From the NCBI GenBank assembly GCA_000092065.1, contig CP000594.1: a stretch of 64,000 bases of DNA; one strand, 5' to 3'. Below, piece by piece: positions 1-10,500 of the stretch. The position numbers were made by a program, and so were the translations under genes. The stretch is from Ostreococcus lucimarinus (taxonomy: Eukaryota). Position 1 is the stretch's first letter; each line of letters begins with the position of its first letter. The notes under the pieces were generated by a model. The model did not search any database. It saw only the letters and a program-made list of their open reading frames with translations, and had not been told where the DNA came from.

Positions 1-3000
1 GCGCAGAATTCCTTGAAGACCCCATGTTGACGCGAAACACTCGTCTTCGAGAGCGCAAAAGCCGGGTAGTGCGGAAGAACATCCGACATTGTGTATCGTT
101 CCAACAAGTCTCCGCCAAAACCAATCACCCCGCTGGTGATTCGTCTATCCTTGATCACACCAGTCGCGTCCGGGCGCGTGACGCTCGTCTTGTAGATTTG
201 AGTTTTCTCCGGAATCGACCCTGTCGTATAGCCCTGAAACCACGTCATGTCGCGAAGATCGATTTCGAAGATACCGAGATCGTGCCAGTTCGCAGCCTTC
301 GAACACCGACTTGAGTCAGAGGCGTCGCATAAGCAAACGTGACCCCGGCGATCAACAAACGAGTCGCTCTTTTGGGCGCTCATATCCAACTCGAGATCGC
401 GCCATTCCAAAAACGGGCGCATGGACGTCTCAATCTTTTGGTCGCGGGAATACAACTCTCCCGACAACAAGCCCGCACAAGTGGATTGGTTTACAGACTG
501 GACTGAATCGACAGCACCGGGAAAGCACTGGCTCAAGGGATATCGACGTCGTTCAAATGTATCCGGCAAACCTTTGTCTCGTAGTCTTTGGAGAGCCTTT
601 TTGTCGTACCTGTATGGTGCACGCATGCTGTACGACAAGTCCTCTTCGACGGGTCGGCCGACCGGCCGGACAATGTGATCACTTTGCCGAGCGAGCGTAG
701 TCTCGGCCCAAATGGTGGTAGTATCGTCCCACGCGCCCATACATCCGACGTTGTCGCCCGCAAGCAGTCGTATCCATGCCTTGCGAGGTATTATGGACGT
801 CCCACCTTCAACAAAGATCATATTCGTACGCTGACCAGAGAGCAGCCGCTTCGGCCCAAATCGTATCTGCTGCTCATCATATTTGGGAATACAAACGCTA
901 GCCTTGTCGTCAAAACCATACTTGGCGCCGATCCGACGCGCGCATTGCAATCCGTAAGCGCACTGGTCGTCGCTCATGCAATGTCCTTCGTACGCCTGGC
1001 ATACCTCTCCACCTCCGAGACCTCCACAGTAGTCGTAGTCACCATTCGTGAGATTGAATCGAGCGTTGTAAGCTTCCTTGTTTTCAAAGTAGCCATCAGA
1101 GCCCGAAAAATCGGCGCAACACGCGTACGGGTGAATTTCACTCTCCAGCGCGCACTGCTTTCCAGGAAGTCCCCCTCGAGAAGCGACGAAATATCCTCTG
1201 TCTGTAGCGTTTCCACACGTTTCGTTTGTCCAATAATACTTGCCGACGATATTTGGATCTCCATAACGTCTGGGGTTGCCTCCCCATTGCGTTCGTACGT
1301 AGCTGAGATCACATGTGTCACCGAATGCAAACCCACCGACGACGCCGCTAAGAAGTTCGTTCGCTGAACACAGACGCGTGCCAGCCTGCGCACACTGTCG
1401 CATGGCAAAATGACGCGAGCCAATGCTCTTGCCGCTCACGCCAGGCAAATTTCCTCTCGCGACGTGTTCCATATCACTCAATGCCTTTTTACACTGCTCC
1501 GATTTCTTTGCGCTCGCATCTCGATCAAAGCATGCGGAAGTGTCCGGAGCCACGGCTCTGAAGCCAGGCGCGCCGCACGTGTCAGAGCCTTGCCTCAGCG
1601 CAAAATAGTTTTTGAAAGTGAATCCGTCGGGCTGCATTCCGCCTTCAAGCTTTTCACAGTTCCGTGTCACGTTACACTCATTGTAGCATATTTGCTCAAT
1701 CTCGGGTGGCCCATGACCAACCAATAAACCAATCCAACCGCTGGTATAGCGGCTAGAGTTTTTCGTCAAACTTGCCTTATCGTACGCAATAAGCCCTTGA
1801 GGATCATATGAATGCCAGTCCAAGTCGTATCGCTTCTCGCAGTAGTGAAGTGGCACCTCGCGCACGCAAGGATTTATCATATCACCAGCCGCAAAACACT
1901 TTACCTCCCGACGACGCGACACTGAGCATGTTTCAAAATCGGACGTCCAGTTCCGTGCGAGGCATGGCGACCATTCACCGATAGAGTAAAAATGATTATG
2001 TTGAAACACAATTCTGACAGTGTCATCGTCACCCGTTTTCAGCCTCAGGCCGTAATGCCATCCTTTCATTTGTGCATCCGCAGCGCCATTCACCATCACA
2101 GAAAGATCGCCCTCCAAATCACCAACGCCGTACTTTTTCTGAGTTTTAAAGTCGGTGAAACTCGCCACACAAATGGACTCTCGCCTATTGAAGTTAAACG
2201 AGTTGCAAGCCATGTTGCGAGTTGGACCTTTTTTTAGCGAATCACAGAGCGCAATACACTCTGCCATAGTGAAGGCGGCGCTGCTCTCGATCGCAATGGC
2301 TGGTACGTACTTTTCCGGGTACAAGCGATAATTGTCCTTCATTTTGTTGTCAAATCGACTGCACGCTCCTCGATTACTTCCGAGCATCGCGGATCCAACA
2401 GTATGCGTACAGGGTCCAAGTTTCGTGTCACCTCTGCAGCATGAGCGACCACACTGTGTGACTACGTTGGTCTTCGTGCGAGGCGCCATAGTCCCAGTGA
2501 TTGTATTTCTTCTCTCAGGGCACTGTAAACGGTTCCATTCCAAGTGTATCGAAAGTCTTCCGCCGACGATGGGGTCAATACATCCAGTGTCATCAATCTC
2601 GTTGCCATGATAACACTCGTGACCGGTCAGATTCTTGGCGAAATCAAAGCAGCACCCGTAATCATGGCACGCGCGCGCGCGAGAATCAATGGACATGAAC
2701 TCACTTCGAACGTCGCCGTAGTACGCCGTACACTTGAAACGATCTTCCATTTTAAGCGCACAATCAGCTTTACAAGAGTGGGTGTTACACTCTCGAGAAG
2801 TCTGTGGTAAAACACCACAGATGTGATCTTGGAGCTGCTCGCCGGATGTGGTGTTGACGCAAATCGCGCTCCGCGTTTGTCCACCTCGCTCGCACTTTCG
2901 CGAACAGTTACTCCATTCGCTAATTTCCCATCGGAATCCAAGTGGGTCTTCACCGTAACAATCAGCGTAGCCCCACAAGCCAGGCTTGGAGGTGTAGCAC

Positions 3001-3887
3001 CAAGGTCTCGTGGAAGGCTCGGCCGGCGCACGACCCACAAGGGTTGGTTCAAAGAATTCAACGACTGTCTGCCTTTGACGCGCGTTATAGTCGGTGGTAA
3101 AGGGAAAGACGCACGGCGCGCCACCAGCTGTACCTTCACACGTCGGTATCGCTCTTGAATGCACGACAAAATCTGCATCATTGAGCATCGAAGAGCCATC
3201 GGTGACGCTCTTGAGCAACATCGCGCTCGTCGTCGACACATCAAACGGACGCGTTGTCGAAAGTCCAAGCGTGTCGTGCTTTTTGTACATCCGCGCGGCA
3301 CAGTCCGTCGTGTTTATGCACGTATAATACCCTTGGCATTGGGAATCGCTTGCACAAAGCGTTCGTAGCCCAGTCTCTGATTTCCCGTTCACCGCGCGCC
3401 AAGCGAGAAGATCTGGAAACGCAACCATTTTCCCCTTGTGCGCCTTCCACTTGGCCTTGGAGTGCACACTCTTCTTGCGATAAAAATCACTCTCCGCCGC
3501 TCGTTGTAACCCGAATCCGCGACCGACCAAAGTACAGAAGTCCGTGGTCAGATCCTTCTTGAAACCCGCGCAGGCGAACCCTTTCGCGTCGCACTCGCGT
3601 TCACACGCGTCGAAAGACTCATAAGTCTCCATCAGGTTACTCCCGACTGGAATGCGGCTTCCGTGCCACCAATAATTTGTTAAATCATCCTCCAACGACC
3701 CAAGAGCGGCTTCGGGAACGTTCACGCCCGCTTTTTTCATGGCGCGCCCCAAGCGTCCTTCGGGAACGCACCAAGCATATGCCGTTCGACCGTGAATTCC
3801 GATTAACACGAACGTAGCGACGAGGATGAACGCGGCCGAGTTCCACCCAATCCATCTATCGCGCGTTCTTGTTCTTCTCGTCGTCAT
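1..3887 (-). CDS. Secreted multidomain protein, 3' end beyond window (>1,290 aa). Domains read from a manual reverse-complement translation: signal peptide, PAN/apple-like, FN2/kringle-like (CVFPF...PWCYT...WGYADC), thrombospondin type-1 repeat (WSNCSRKCERGGQTRSAIC), further Cys-rich PAN-like and possible lectin-like modules
   Basis: Manual reverse-complement translation from ATG at 3887-3885 gives an uninterrupted protein-like frame (carefully verified 3887->3000, less carefully to position 1). The N-terminus MTTRRTRTRDRWIGWNSAAFILVATFVLIGIHGRTAYA has signal-peptide character. The ORF is missing from the supplied track, consistent with the track listing only complete ORFs. Plus-strand ORFs 24..1367 are antisense artefacts. 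Confidence 0.6.
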   Translation of the reverse strand, partial: MTTRRTRTRDRWIGWNSAAFILVATFVLIGIHGRTAYAWCVPEGRLGRAMKKAGVNVPEAALGSLEDDLTNYWWHGSRIPVGSNLMETYESFDACERECDAKGFACAGFKKDLTTDFCTLVGRGFGLQRAAESDFYRKKSVHSKAKWKAHKGKMVAFPDLLAWRAVNGKSETGLRTLCASDSQCQGYYTCINTTDCAARMYKKHDTLGLSTTRPFDVSTTSAMLLKSVTDGSSMLNDADFVVHSRAIPTCEGTAGGAPCVFPFTTDYNARQRQTVVEFFEPTLVGRAPAEPSTRPWCYTSKPGLWGYADCYGEDPLGFRWEISEWSNCSRKCERGGQTRSAICVNTTSGEQLQDHICGVLPQTSRECNTHSCKADCALKMEDRFKCTAYYGDVRSEFMSIDSRARACHDYGCCFDFAKNLTGHECYHGNEIDDTGCIDPIVGGRLSIHLEWNRLQCPERRNTITGTMAPRTKTNVVTQCGRSCCRGDTKLGPCTHTVGSAMLGSNRGACSRFDNKMKDNYRLYPEKYVPAIAIESSAAFTMAECIALCDSLKKGPTRNMACNSFNFNRRESICVASFTDFKTQKKYGVGDLEGDLSVMVNGAADAQMKGWHYGLRLKTGDDDTVRIVFQHNHFYSIGEWSPCLARNWTSDFETCSVSRRREVKCFAAGDMINPCVREVPLHYCEKRYDLDWHSYDPQGLIAYDKASLTKNSSRYTSGWIGLLVGHGPPEIEQICYNECNVTRNCEKLEGGMQPDGFTFKNYFALRQGSDTCGAPGFRAVAPDTSACFDRDASAKKSEQCKKALSDMEHVARGNLPGVSGKSIGSRHFAMRQCAQAGTRLCSANELLSGVVGGFAFGDTCDLSYVRTQWGGNPRRYGDPNIVGKYYWTNETCGNATDRGYFVASRGGLPGKQCALESEIHPYACCADFSGSDGYFENKEAYNARFNLTNGDYDYCGGLGGGEVCQAYEGHCMSDDQCAYGLQCARRIGAKYGFDDKASVCIPKYDEQQIRFGPKRLLSGQRTNMIFVEGGTSIIPRKAWIRLLAGDNVGCMGAWDDTTTIWAETTLARQSDHIVRPVGRPVEEDLSYSMRAPYRYDKKALQRLRDKGLPDTFERRRYPLSQCFPGAVDSVQSVNQSTCAGLLSGELYSRDQKIETSMRPFLEWRDLELDMSAQKSDSFVDRRGHVCLCDASDSSRCSKAANWHDLGIFEIDLRDMTWFQGYTTGSIPEKTQIYKTSVTRPDATGVIKDRRITSGVIGFGGDLLERYTMSDVLPHYPAFALSKTSVSRQHGVFKEFC

Positions 3888-4150
3888 CGGTGCGTCAACG
3901 CCCGTCATGGGCGTTCGATTCTCGACCTCGTTGCCACGGATGGTGTTGGCGGAAACCTCGAGTGATAGCGCGGGTGAGTCTCGAACGAACGGGTGAGTTA
4001 CGGGTGAGTCTCGAACGACTGTTTCTTTTCTCGGCCACGCGCGCGTTTTCTTTTGTCCGCCTCTCTCTCTCGCGCGCGTCGTCGAGTGATGCTGGTGCCG
4101 CTCGTGACGGATTTAAGGGCTTGAACACCCGCGTGTAAAGGCAGACACTT

Positions 4151-4230
4151 TATATAGCACTTTGGGAGGTTAAAAGGTGTCCCAAAGTCTCATACATTGG
4201 CCTATACTTTGGCAACATCCCGCGCTTTGA
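4151..4230. repeat. Intergenic repeat module R1 copy A: TATATA-box-like + hairpin CTTTGGGAGG-ttaaaa-...-TCCCAAAG + ATCCCGCGCTTTGA
   Basis: ~80% identical to 16791..16870. The stem shows a compensatory change between copies (GGGAGG/TCCC vs GGGCGG/CGCCC). Confidence 0.6.
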
Positions 4231-4585
4231 TTACAGTACAGTAATATAACCCCCGCCAATGCGCGGGATGAATGGCATACATTCCATAGTATATGGGGAC
4301 CGGACCGGCGGGACGTGTGATTTTTACCGTATGGGTCACGACTCGTCATTCGGAGTACTCGTATGGAATAATGAAACACCATAACTGCATTTACTTTTTG
4401 GTTCATTAAAAAAACCGTACGGGCATTTACTGCAGAATTGGCCACTTTTCGCGCGGGTTTCACTGGACACGTGTCAAAAACGTGGCTTTTCTGAAACTCG
4501 ATTTTTGCTAGGGTTTAGCGTCTCAGTGTCCCGACGGAGATACAGTGCGGGGATCCCGTCGGCAGCACTCTCCGTCGCGCACGCA

Positions 4586-7500
4586 ATGTCGAAGAAATCT
4601 GATCCACTGTATGTACCAGTCAACACGTGTGAAGACGACACAGTCGGTCTTCTTCGGACGATCGATGAAGTTCAAGTAGACGAGGGTGAAACCAACGTTA
4701 CTTCGCCCGAAGATAATAATTGTGACGGCGGCGTTCGAGTAGTAGACATGGTTGGGTTGATACGGAACGGGCTGCATGCGCGGAGGTGCGCGAGCAGACG
4801 ACGGTCCACCGCGATCATCCACGTTTTGTTAACTGTCGTTCTGGCAAGTTTTTTGCGTTCGACCTTGGCGTTTGAAAGGACAGATGGGTTTCAAGGCGAG
4901 CTTGAAGATACCGCACACGAAGGACCGGGAGCATCAAGGAGTTCGGTGGCGAACGAAACCGCGGCGCTGGGGTGTGCATGGGGGATACCTTGTCCGCCAG
5001 TGGCTCAGGCGGTGGTGGATGTCGTGTCAGATCCACATGGTGCTGCCGAAGATGCTGCGAACCTGGCTGGAGATGGACTCAATAGTGCTGTAGATGCAGC
5101 AGCGGCTGGGGCAACATTTTTGTACGATCAAGGGACGGCAGCCGCGAGCGCAGCAGCGGCAGCGGCGACAGAGTTGGCGTCGGCTGGATTTGAATTCGCC
5201 AAGGGTGCGGCCACAAGCGCATACGCGATGGGTTGCTCCGCGGCGGCGATGGCTTGGAACACGGCGACGGCGGTCTATGACCGTATGAGCGACCCAGAAA
5301 AATTTTTGTCAGACATGATTGACAGCTTTCCCACATCTTTGGGGGATTTGAAGTCGCTTTCGGGCAAGGCACTCGCAGTCGGTGGAGAAGCCTTCGTGGA
5401 GATGAATGCGAATAATCCCGTTGGACGCCAAGCGCTCGCTGCTGTCAAAAAGGCAAACGAAATCGGCGGCAAGTACGGTTTCGAGAACCTTCAGAAATTC
5501 ACCGCTGTGGGCGCGTCGTTGACGAATCGCGTTATCCCCGGCGGTGGCATAATTTTTGAAGCCGTGGACGTCGTCGGTGAAACGGCGCAAGATGCTGTGG
5601 ATACTGCGATTCTCATCGTGGAGTCTATGCTCAACGCTCTTGAGTGCAAAGTGTCGCCAGTCGATGTTATGGAGGTGATACAAAAAGTTGTCATCGAACA
5701 AATATCAAGCTGGAATGCGTTTGCGAAAATGTTCGAGGAGAAGAAGGGGACTGACTTCTTCTACAAACTCGATCATGTCATCTGCAATACTCTTTGGACA
5801 GTGGCTATGCCGCATGCGGACTTGATGGTGACGGCGATTGGCGTCCTCCTGGAAAAAGTCCAAGCCACTTGTCCAGGAGTTATCCCAGCGGATTCCAAAC
5901 CAGCAGCTACGCTGGGGTTGATTTTTGACGCGTCTGTAAAAGGGGGCTCAATGAAAGGTGTATCTGCTGAGGTTGGCATCGGTGCTGACATTGATGGGAA
6001 CAAATTTTGCTATTTCGGCTCCTGCGCTTACGCAGGTATATCGTTTGGTGGCTACGGTGCTGATGGGACGATGTTGGCGGGACTCAGTGTTTGGAAGTCT
6101 ATGGATTCAGTTCCGGGCACCTCGAGTACATTTGCGTTCGCGGCCGATATCACCATGCCATTACTCCCCTCGTTTGATCCCGGAGTCACGTTCGTTTCAA
6201 ACGACGCCGGGCTCATCGGCATCAGTGTCTCAAAAGAAATCCCCGGCGGCGACGAACCAAGTGGTGAATTTTCGGTCACGAAAGGGCGATGCGTAACGCC
6301 TGTTTGTGTCAAGACAGATGGTAATCCTTGTGGTGAGGGTCAGGCTGCTTGGTCCGACGTGGGCTCGCATGCGACTGCTGCAGTGGAGGCGATCAAGACG
6401 GATGAGTGCATAGTTGCTGGTGCCGGTGTGATTGAACAAAATGGTGGAATTTCCGTGAGTCGAGAAATCCGGTTACCGGCGTCTGGGGTGAACCTTCTTG
6501 CCGATGCTGAGGCAAACCCGACGGGAATGAAGAATTTTAAGCCCTCAAGCGTGAGGATTCCTGAGGGTAAATTCTTACTTGCGTTTACCGGTGGTGATGA
6601 AGCATTTAAGGGGAGCGAGACAGTGATTCGTAGCTATAAGTCAAAACTCAACAACCGTTTGTATTCAATGACGTCCTTTGTCGTTTCTGACATTGCAGCC
6701 GAGTTTCACGAAGAAGCGCCAAAATCAGTTGGCCCAGAACATGCTGGTTCAATCAGTAAATGTAAAGCGATGTGCGCGGTGAAGAAACACTGCTGCAATA
6801 CGGATGAATCCATCGGAAGTAACCAGTATCTAAGCTGCCTACAGGCATGCGTCGTCCGCGTGCGTGGAACCGACGAGCGGACATGTAACTCTTACTGTGC
6901 ATCTGCAACGACTTCTCGTCACATTAATGGTTACATGTACAACCTCGCAACATCTTGCGCTGATGTCGTTGCATCCGAAGGAAAGTTATGTTCTACTCGG
7001 TACGGTAGCGATCGTTCAACCTGCCTATACGGTTGTTCGATCGGACGCGACCCCGAACAATCGCTCGCAGTCGTCAAATCCACTGGATTCTATATGCAAC
7101 TTCCTGCGGCACATGTTACCCCCAGGTCGACGAATAATTTGCGCGATCGGACGTTGAGTAGTGTGATTGTTCGAGCCGGGTTTGTTGTTAAACTGTACGC
7201 CGGGCGCGACCTGAAAGGTCAATACCTGACGCTCGGGAGTTCGGCGACGCTGTATGGTAACCATGCGAGGTTCTATTCATCCTTACGCGGATCATTCCCG
7301 AACACGAAGTTTGCCTGGGCAAATTTCAATGACAGAACTCGGAGCATCGCCATCTTGGAGGCGCCTGTGACGCTTTATACGCAACCCAATTTCCATGGCG
7401 ATCATGAATCAAAACTTGAGCATGCATTTGACTACACCAGTCTCGGTCCGACAGTCGGGGACAGGCATGTTAATTCCATCTTTCTAAGAGAAGGATCTGT

Positions 7501-10500
7501 GGTTGAAGTATACGAGGGACGCAGTTTCAACGGTCGAGGCATGCAGTTCATATCCAGCGTATCAGATGTCCGCCGCGCAACTGAATCCATCGGTGACCTT
7601 TCTAGACCGACATGGCAAAGAGTTTATGGAACTGCAAGTATGGTTGACGCGGGTCGTGAAGAAGTATATAGTATTCACGCAGATGACGTCGCAAATACAA
7701 AGCCAGTTGATAATTCTGGTGACTGGTCGGACTTTTTGACACTGAAGTGGAGTCATATTTCTGTTGGGCCCACAGGCCATGTATGGGCGATTCGTAAACC
7801 TTACGGCAACGCTTATCACTGCATGCCACATCAAACCTCTTGCAAGACCAAATGGGAGTATACCAGGCTCACCCAGCTGGATGCTGGAAGTTTGTACGTT
7901 TGGGGGGTGACGTACTCGGGATACGTATACAGGCATCTCGTGAACACACACGAGGGTTCATGGACACGTGTAAATGCGCCAGATACGATGAAGCATATCT
8001 CAATAGGCCCAAGTGGCGATGTCTGGGCGGTATCGACGACGAATAAAGTATATTTCTGCGTGCATCCGTGTACTGGATCGTGGCGTGTCATCGGCGCATC
8101 CGCACCCGTAAAACGTCTCATATTTACTGTGAACAATGACAAATATATGGCTCGTGTCGATTTGAAGACTGACGGTAGTATTAATTTCAACGCTGGTCAT
8201 AAAGTAGCTGGCTGGTTGAGTCTAAGCGGAATCACGTACGCCACGAGCGGTCTCAACTATCTTTCCCTAAACTCGCGTTATTGGGAACATTATAGTGGCA
8301 TGAATGGCTACTGGTCGCCAGCCCAATACTCGTGCTCGAACGGCCTCGTTTCTGTGACTGGGCTCGTGAAGACAAAAAATCATGGCTGGGGGCAGGTCAT
8401 CGGTACTCTCCCGTCAGGGTGTCGTCCGACGAAAGCACTCATCTTCACCACGAATAACCACGATGAGCAGGCGCGAGTGAACGTATACGCCGACGGGACG
8501 ATCAAATGGGGTGCCGGCGGCAAGGGTCACGGATGGTTGAGCCTAAGTAACATTGTCTTTTCGACCAGTGGCAACGCGCTTTTACCTCTGAGCAATGGTT
8601 GGGCGCACTACAGTGGCACGAGTGGCTACTGGTCGCCTGCTGAGTACTCGTGCGCCGACGGCCTCGTGGTCTTGAGTGGATTAGTACGCGGTAGTAACTG
8701 GGGTTCTACTATCGGCACTCTTCCTCCGGGTTGTCGTCCGAAACAAGCTCTCATCTTCACCACGAACAACAGCGATAAGCAAGCGCGAGTGAACGTGTCA
8801 CCGGGGGGGGTGATCAAATGGTCACGTGGTGGCAAGGGCCACGGTTGGTTGAGCCTGAGCGGCATCGTATTTGCAATGACTGGGCTGCAGTTGATGCCTC
8901 TGAGCAACGGTTGGAAGTACTATAACGGCGCGAGAACGAGCGGGTATTGGGCACCCGCACAGGTCGCGTCTGTGCGCGGCCTCACCGTTGCTCAAGGCCT
9001 TATCAAAGGCGGTGGATGGGGTGGAACAATGGCAAAAATTACCGGTGGATGCGGATATATGAGTGATTTAATGTCCCTGACTAAGAAGAACGCGGGTCAA
9101 CATAGCACAGCACATAATGGCGTTGCAAGCCGCCCGTTGACGTCGACTCCAAATGGGCGCTGGGGGGGTGGCACGTGCACGCACACGAATCATGCGTCCG
9201 ACCCATGGTGGCGACTTGATATGGGGACGACGAGGACCTTGAGTTCGGTGGAGTTGTTGAATCGCAACGACTGCTGCAGTGACCGCTTTATCGGCCTCCG
9301 CGTCTACATCAGCAATCATAACTCCTACGTAAAGGATCATCCGAGTAACAAACAGTGCGGGCAGACGTTGGGATCGCCGAATACTGCCTGGAATATATTC
9401 GACTGCGGCGATGCCATCTCTGGGCGCTACGTATACGCCACCCTATATGGTAAAGCAGCACCGTTAACTATCTGCGGTGTCAGGATGTTCGAATCAAATA
9501 CGATGATAAAGCAGCTGGACGTTGGAAAGCGCTATGTTTACGGAACCAGTACGAATGGTCATCTTTTTAAAATCCGTGCCGATGGGGGCGAGGATAACTG
9601 GTCCCTCGTACATCGTTATAGCGAATTCGGCGGTATTGATGCCAATTATGTTTCAGTCTCACCGCATTCCGAACAATCGTCGTTCCTGTGGGTTACAAAC
9701 CAAGCGAACGAAATTTATCGCCAATCCATCGGAATACAAATCTCTTCCATGAGAGTCGCCTCGGCAATCGTAACTGCTTACAAAGGTGTGGGATTTACCG
9801 GTGATAGTCTGCCCCTGACTTCCGGTTTTTATAACTTTAAGACGCTCGAGGCAGACTCAGACGCCGGATTTAAGCTCACGAACCTCAGAGCGTTTGTGCG
9901 AAGCATCAAGTCTATAAGGATCCATCCAGACTACGAGGTTGAGCTGCGCGGTTATAATCAAGCACGAGCAGTCGTCACCTCTAGTACAATGGGAGTACAC
10001 GATTTTCATAAACTGGACACAGAGGGCAAGGAACACGAAGAGAATATAGTTGGAGCTACAAGATTTCCGCGACCGAGCGGTGTCTCACGCAAATCGACGT
10101 TTATGCCAATCGAAGCAACTACGCTAGGAACATGGATCCAAACACGAACTGCCAACGTTTACGTGATGTCAGATCTATCAGCCACCCCAAGTGCTCTCAT
10201 TAGGTACATTGCTGCGTACGGCGATGCAGAATATTGCAAAATGATCATGTTTCACGTGCGTCACGGCGATGAAGTCTCTGTTGTGCCTGAGGAGGCTGGA
10301 TATGCGACTTTTGGCATCAGAGATGCGTCTTCCGACAAGTGTCAGAATCGCGACGGTGTACTATCGCTCTGGCGTATAAAGCAAACTCCGAGATTGGCGC
10401 GCCGCGCGACAGATGCAGGCTACGGCATCGGAAAGTTGAAATTCTCGATTTTGGGAGGCTGGACGGGAGAAATAGCCTCAATGAAAGTGATGAGAAAACT

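Noticed and set aside
24-1727. Plus-strand ORFs 24..314, 311..700, 588..1367, 1410..1727
   Set aside because: Antisense to the verified minus-strand secreted-protein gene; no protein-like features.
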